Source: Hormoscilla sp.
GTDB taxonomy: Bacteria; Cyanobacteriota; Cyanobacteriia; Cyanobacteriales; Desertifilaceae
Reading direction: 5' to 3'
DNA length: 18,079 bases
Assembly (NCBI GenBank): GCA_051439505.1
Contig: JBFRWI010000216.1
Location: 1 to 18,079, forward strand
The translations under genes and the position numbers were made by a program. Shown in pieces: positions 17,113 through 18,079 of this stretch. The notes beneath the pieces were generated by a model, which was given only the letters and a program-made list of their open reading frames with translations, was not told where the DNA came from and searched no databases. The stretch's first letter is position 1. Each line of letters opens with the position of its first letter.

Positions 17113-17227
17113 TCGGTGGAACCACGGCCATCTGCACAAACTAGAGCAAAATTGTTAGCATATTTAAATATGCGTTAAATATAGTCGCGGTACTCTCACG
17201 GTGATGATCCCCGGAAATATCAGCGGT

Positions 17228-17822
17228 CCTCAACGGTTGCTAGTCCGAGTCAAGTTTGGCCAAAACCTGCGGGAAACTATCTATCCTGCTATTCTGACTC
17301 AGGAATAGCCACCGGTTACTACTTGTTACCTGTTGCTCCCTTTGCTGGGAAGTATCTTTTGCTGCGGGGATCCGAACGTGCTGTTGCCGGTTATACTAGC
17401 CCAGAAACCCGGTTTTTCGACAAAACCGGGTTTCTTCATGCATTCTTGAGATGCTCTCGTGGCACCTTATTGATGGCGAGATCGCCACCTGCTGGCACCG
17501 GTGTATACAGGCCGCTTCGATGCCAAATTATCCCTGGGAGGTTATGACTCGCAGTTGTCACCTGCTGGCACCGGCGTACTGGACGATGCTCTCGCAGTCT
17601 GCGAGGTTATTGCTCCCAAAATGGCACCGATGGCGATCGCCACTTGCTAGCACCGGCGTATACAGGCTCCTTCCCAGGGAGGTTATTGCTCCGGTGGGAG
17701 GTTATTACTCGCAGTCACCACCTGCACCGCACCGGCGTATACAGAGACTCTCTCGCCAGGAAAGGCTGGCTTATCCATGGCTGGGGGACGATAATTGTAT
17801 CTGACATCACCGGAGTGGTACT
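17228..17822 (-). ncRNA. Putative structured non-coding RNA array, ~8 units of 73-82 nt
   Basis: Core CAC(C/T)TGC..GCACCGG(C/T)GTA(TACAG) at 17486, 17559, 17641 and 17719, with degenerate in-phase copies on both sides. Most spacings are not multiples of 3, and interiors are hairpin-rich. The repeats are observed; the RNA function and the strand are inferred. Confidence 0.5.
17403..17435. repeat. 33-bp palindromic AGAAACCCGG element inserted in the array
   Basis: AGAAACCCGGTTTT-TCGAC-AAAACCGGGTTTCT is a perfect 14-bp inverted repeat. Confidence 0.85.
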
Positions 17823-17919
17823 TTATCGATTTTTCGGACCGTCCGCGGGCCGATCGCGCCCTACCCGGCGTCGGCTACGGTCGCCCGATCGCTCTTAGCA
17901 TTGCGCCAGAGGATATTTC

Positions 17920-18062
17920 AGAAACCCGGTTTCTTGCTTTAACCAGTCAAAGGGGCGATCGCACCCACCACCAGCACCAGAAACCGGGTTTCTTTTTGAA
18001 CCTTGGATAAAGATTAGAGGAGATCTCAGAAACCCGGTTTTTCGCAACTGGCGGGCGATCGC
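17920..18062. repeat. HIP1-bounded AGAAACCSGGTTTCT dispersed repeat, copy 2 (17955-18062), plus a preceding half copy (17920-17934)
   Basis: Direct repeat of 17004-17112 with the same layout: HIP1 at 17955, palindromes at 17979 and 18028, HIP1 at 18055. Confidence 0.85.
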
Positions 18063-18079
18063 ATCCACCACCAACGGGC

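Noticed and set aside
16754..17144. ORFs 16754-16969 and 16950-17144 as a small ThiF substrate or partner
   Set aside because: Both are largely made of REP/palindromic repeat sequence, and neither has a ubiquitin-like pattern or a C-terminal GG.
17486..17745. Canonical CRISPR array (repeat period 73-82 nt)
   Set aside because: Repeats are degenerate, the spacers resemble each other and form hairpins, there is no typical GTT...AAC/GAAAC repeat end, and no cas gene is in the window. Kept as a non-CRISPR array; a heavily decayed CRISPR cannot be fully excluded.
6293..17822. kptA, ThiF and the RNA-like array as one RNA-repair operon
   Set aside because: kptA is more than 9 kb away, on the opposite strand, and separated by unrelated conserved genes. 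The sequence alone gives no support for linkage.
17323..18010. ORFs 17323-17547, 17451-17804, 17644-17898 and 17795-18010 as proteins
   Set aside because: The repeated motif appears in shifting frames (TGVYR / APAY / HRxIQ), and the ORFs run through dispersed palindromic repeats. They look like chance ORFs.

Overview
Cyanobacterial DNA: HIP1 GCGATCGC is abundant, and AGAAACCSGGTTTCT palindromic repeats suggest a filamentous, Oscillatoriales-like host. The left ~6 kb is accessory. It holds a two-gene minus-strand unit (putative HTH + DUF4384-like protein, then a TPR-CHAT caspase-like protease), a divergent small gene separated from it by a 10-bp-phased operator-like repeat array, and a decayed Rpn/DUF2887 pseudogene broken by two MITE-like elements. 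The middle is ordinary: kptA, an AAA ATPase, a secreted hypothetical protein, cruP, a membrane class III adenylate cyclase, SirB1, SRPBCC and an MscS-type TM-helix repeat protein. The right end holds an orphan E1/ThiF-like adenylyltransferase. Upstream of it lies an unannotated non-coding array of ~8 units with a 73-82 nt period, a conserved ATACGCCGGTGC-like linker (minus strand) and hairpin-rich interiors. The two best candidates for undescribed systems are this RNA-like array plus ThiF, and the CHAT protease / HTH-DUF4384 / phased-operator switch. All family calls come from motif recognition by eye; no database searches were run.
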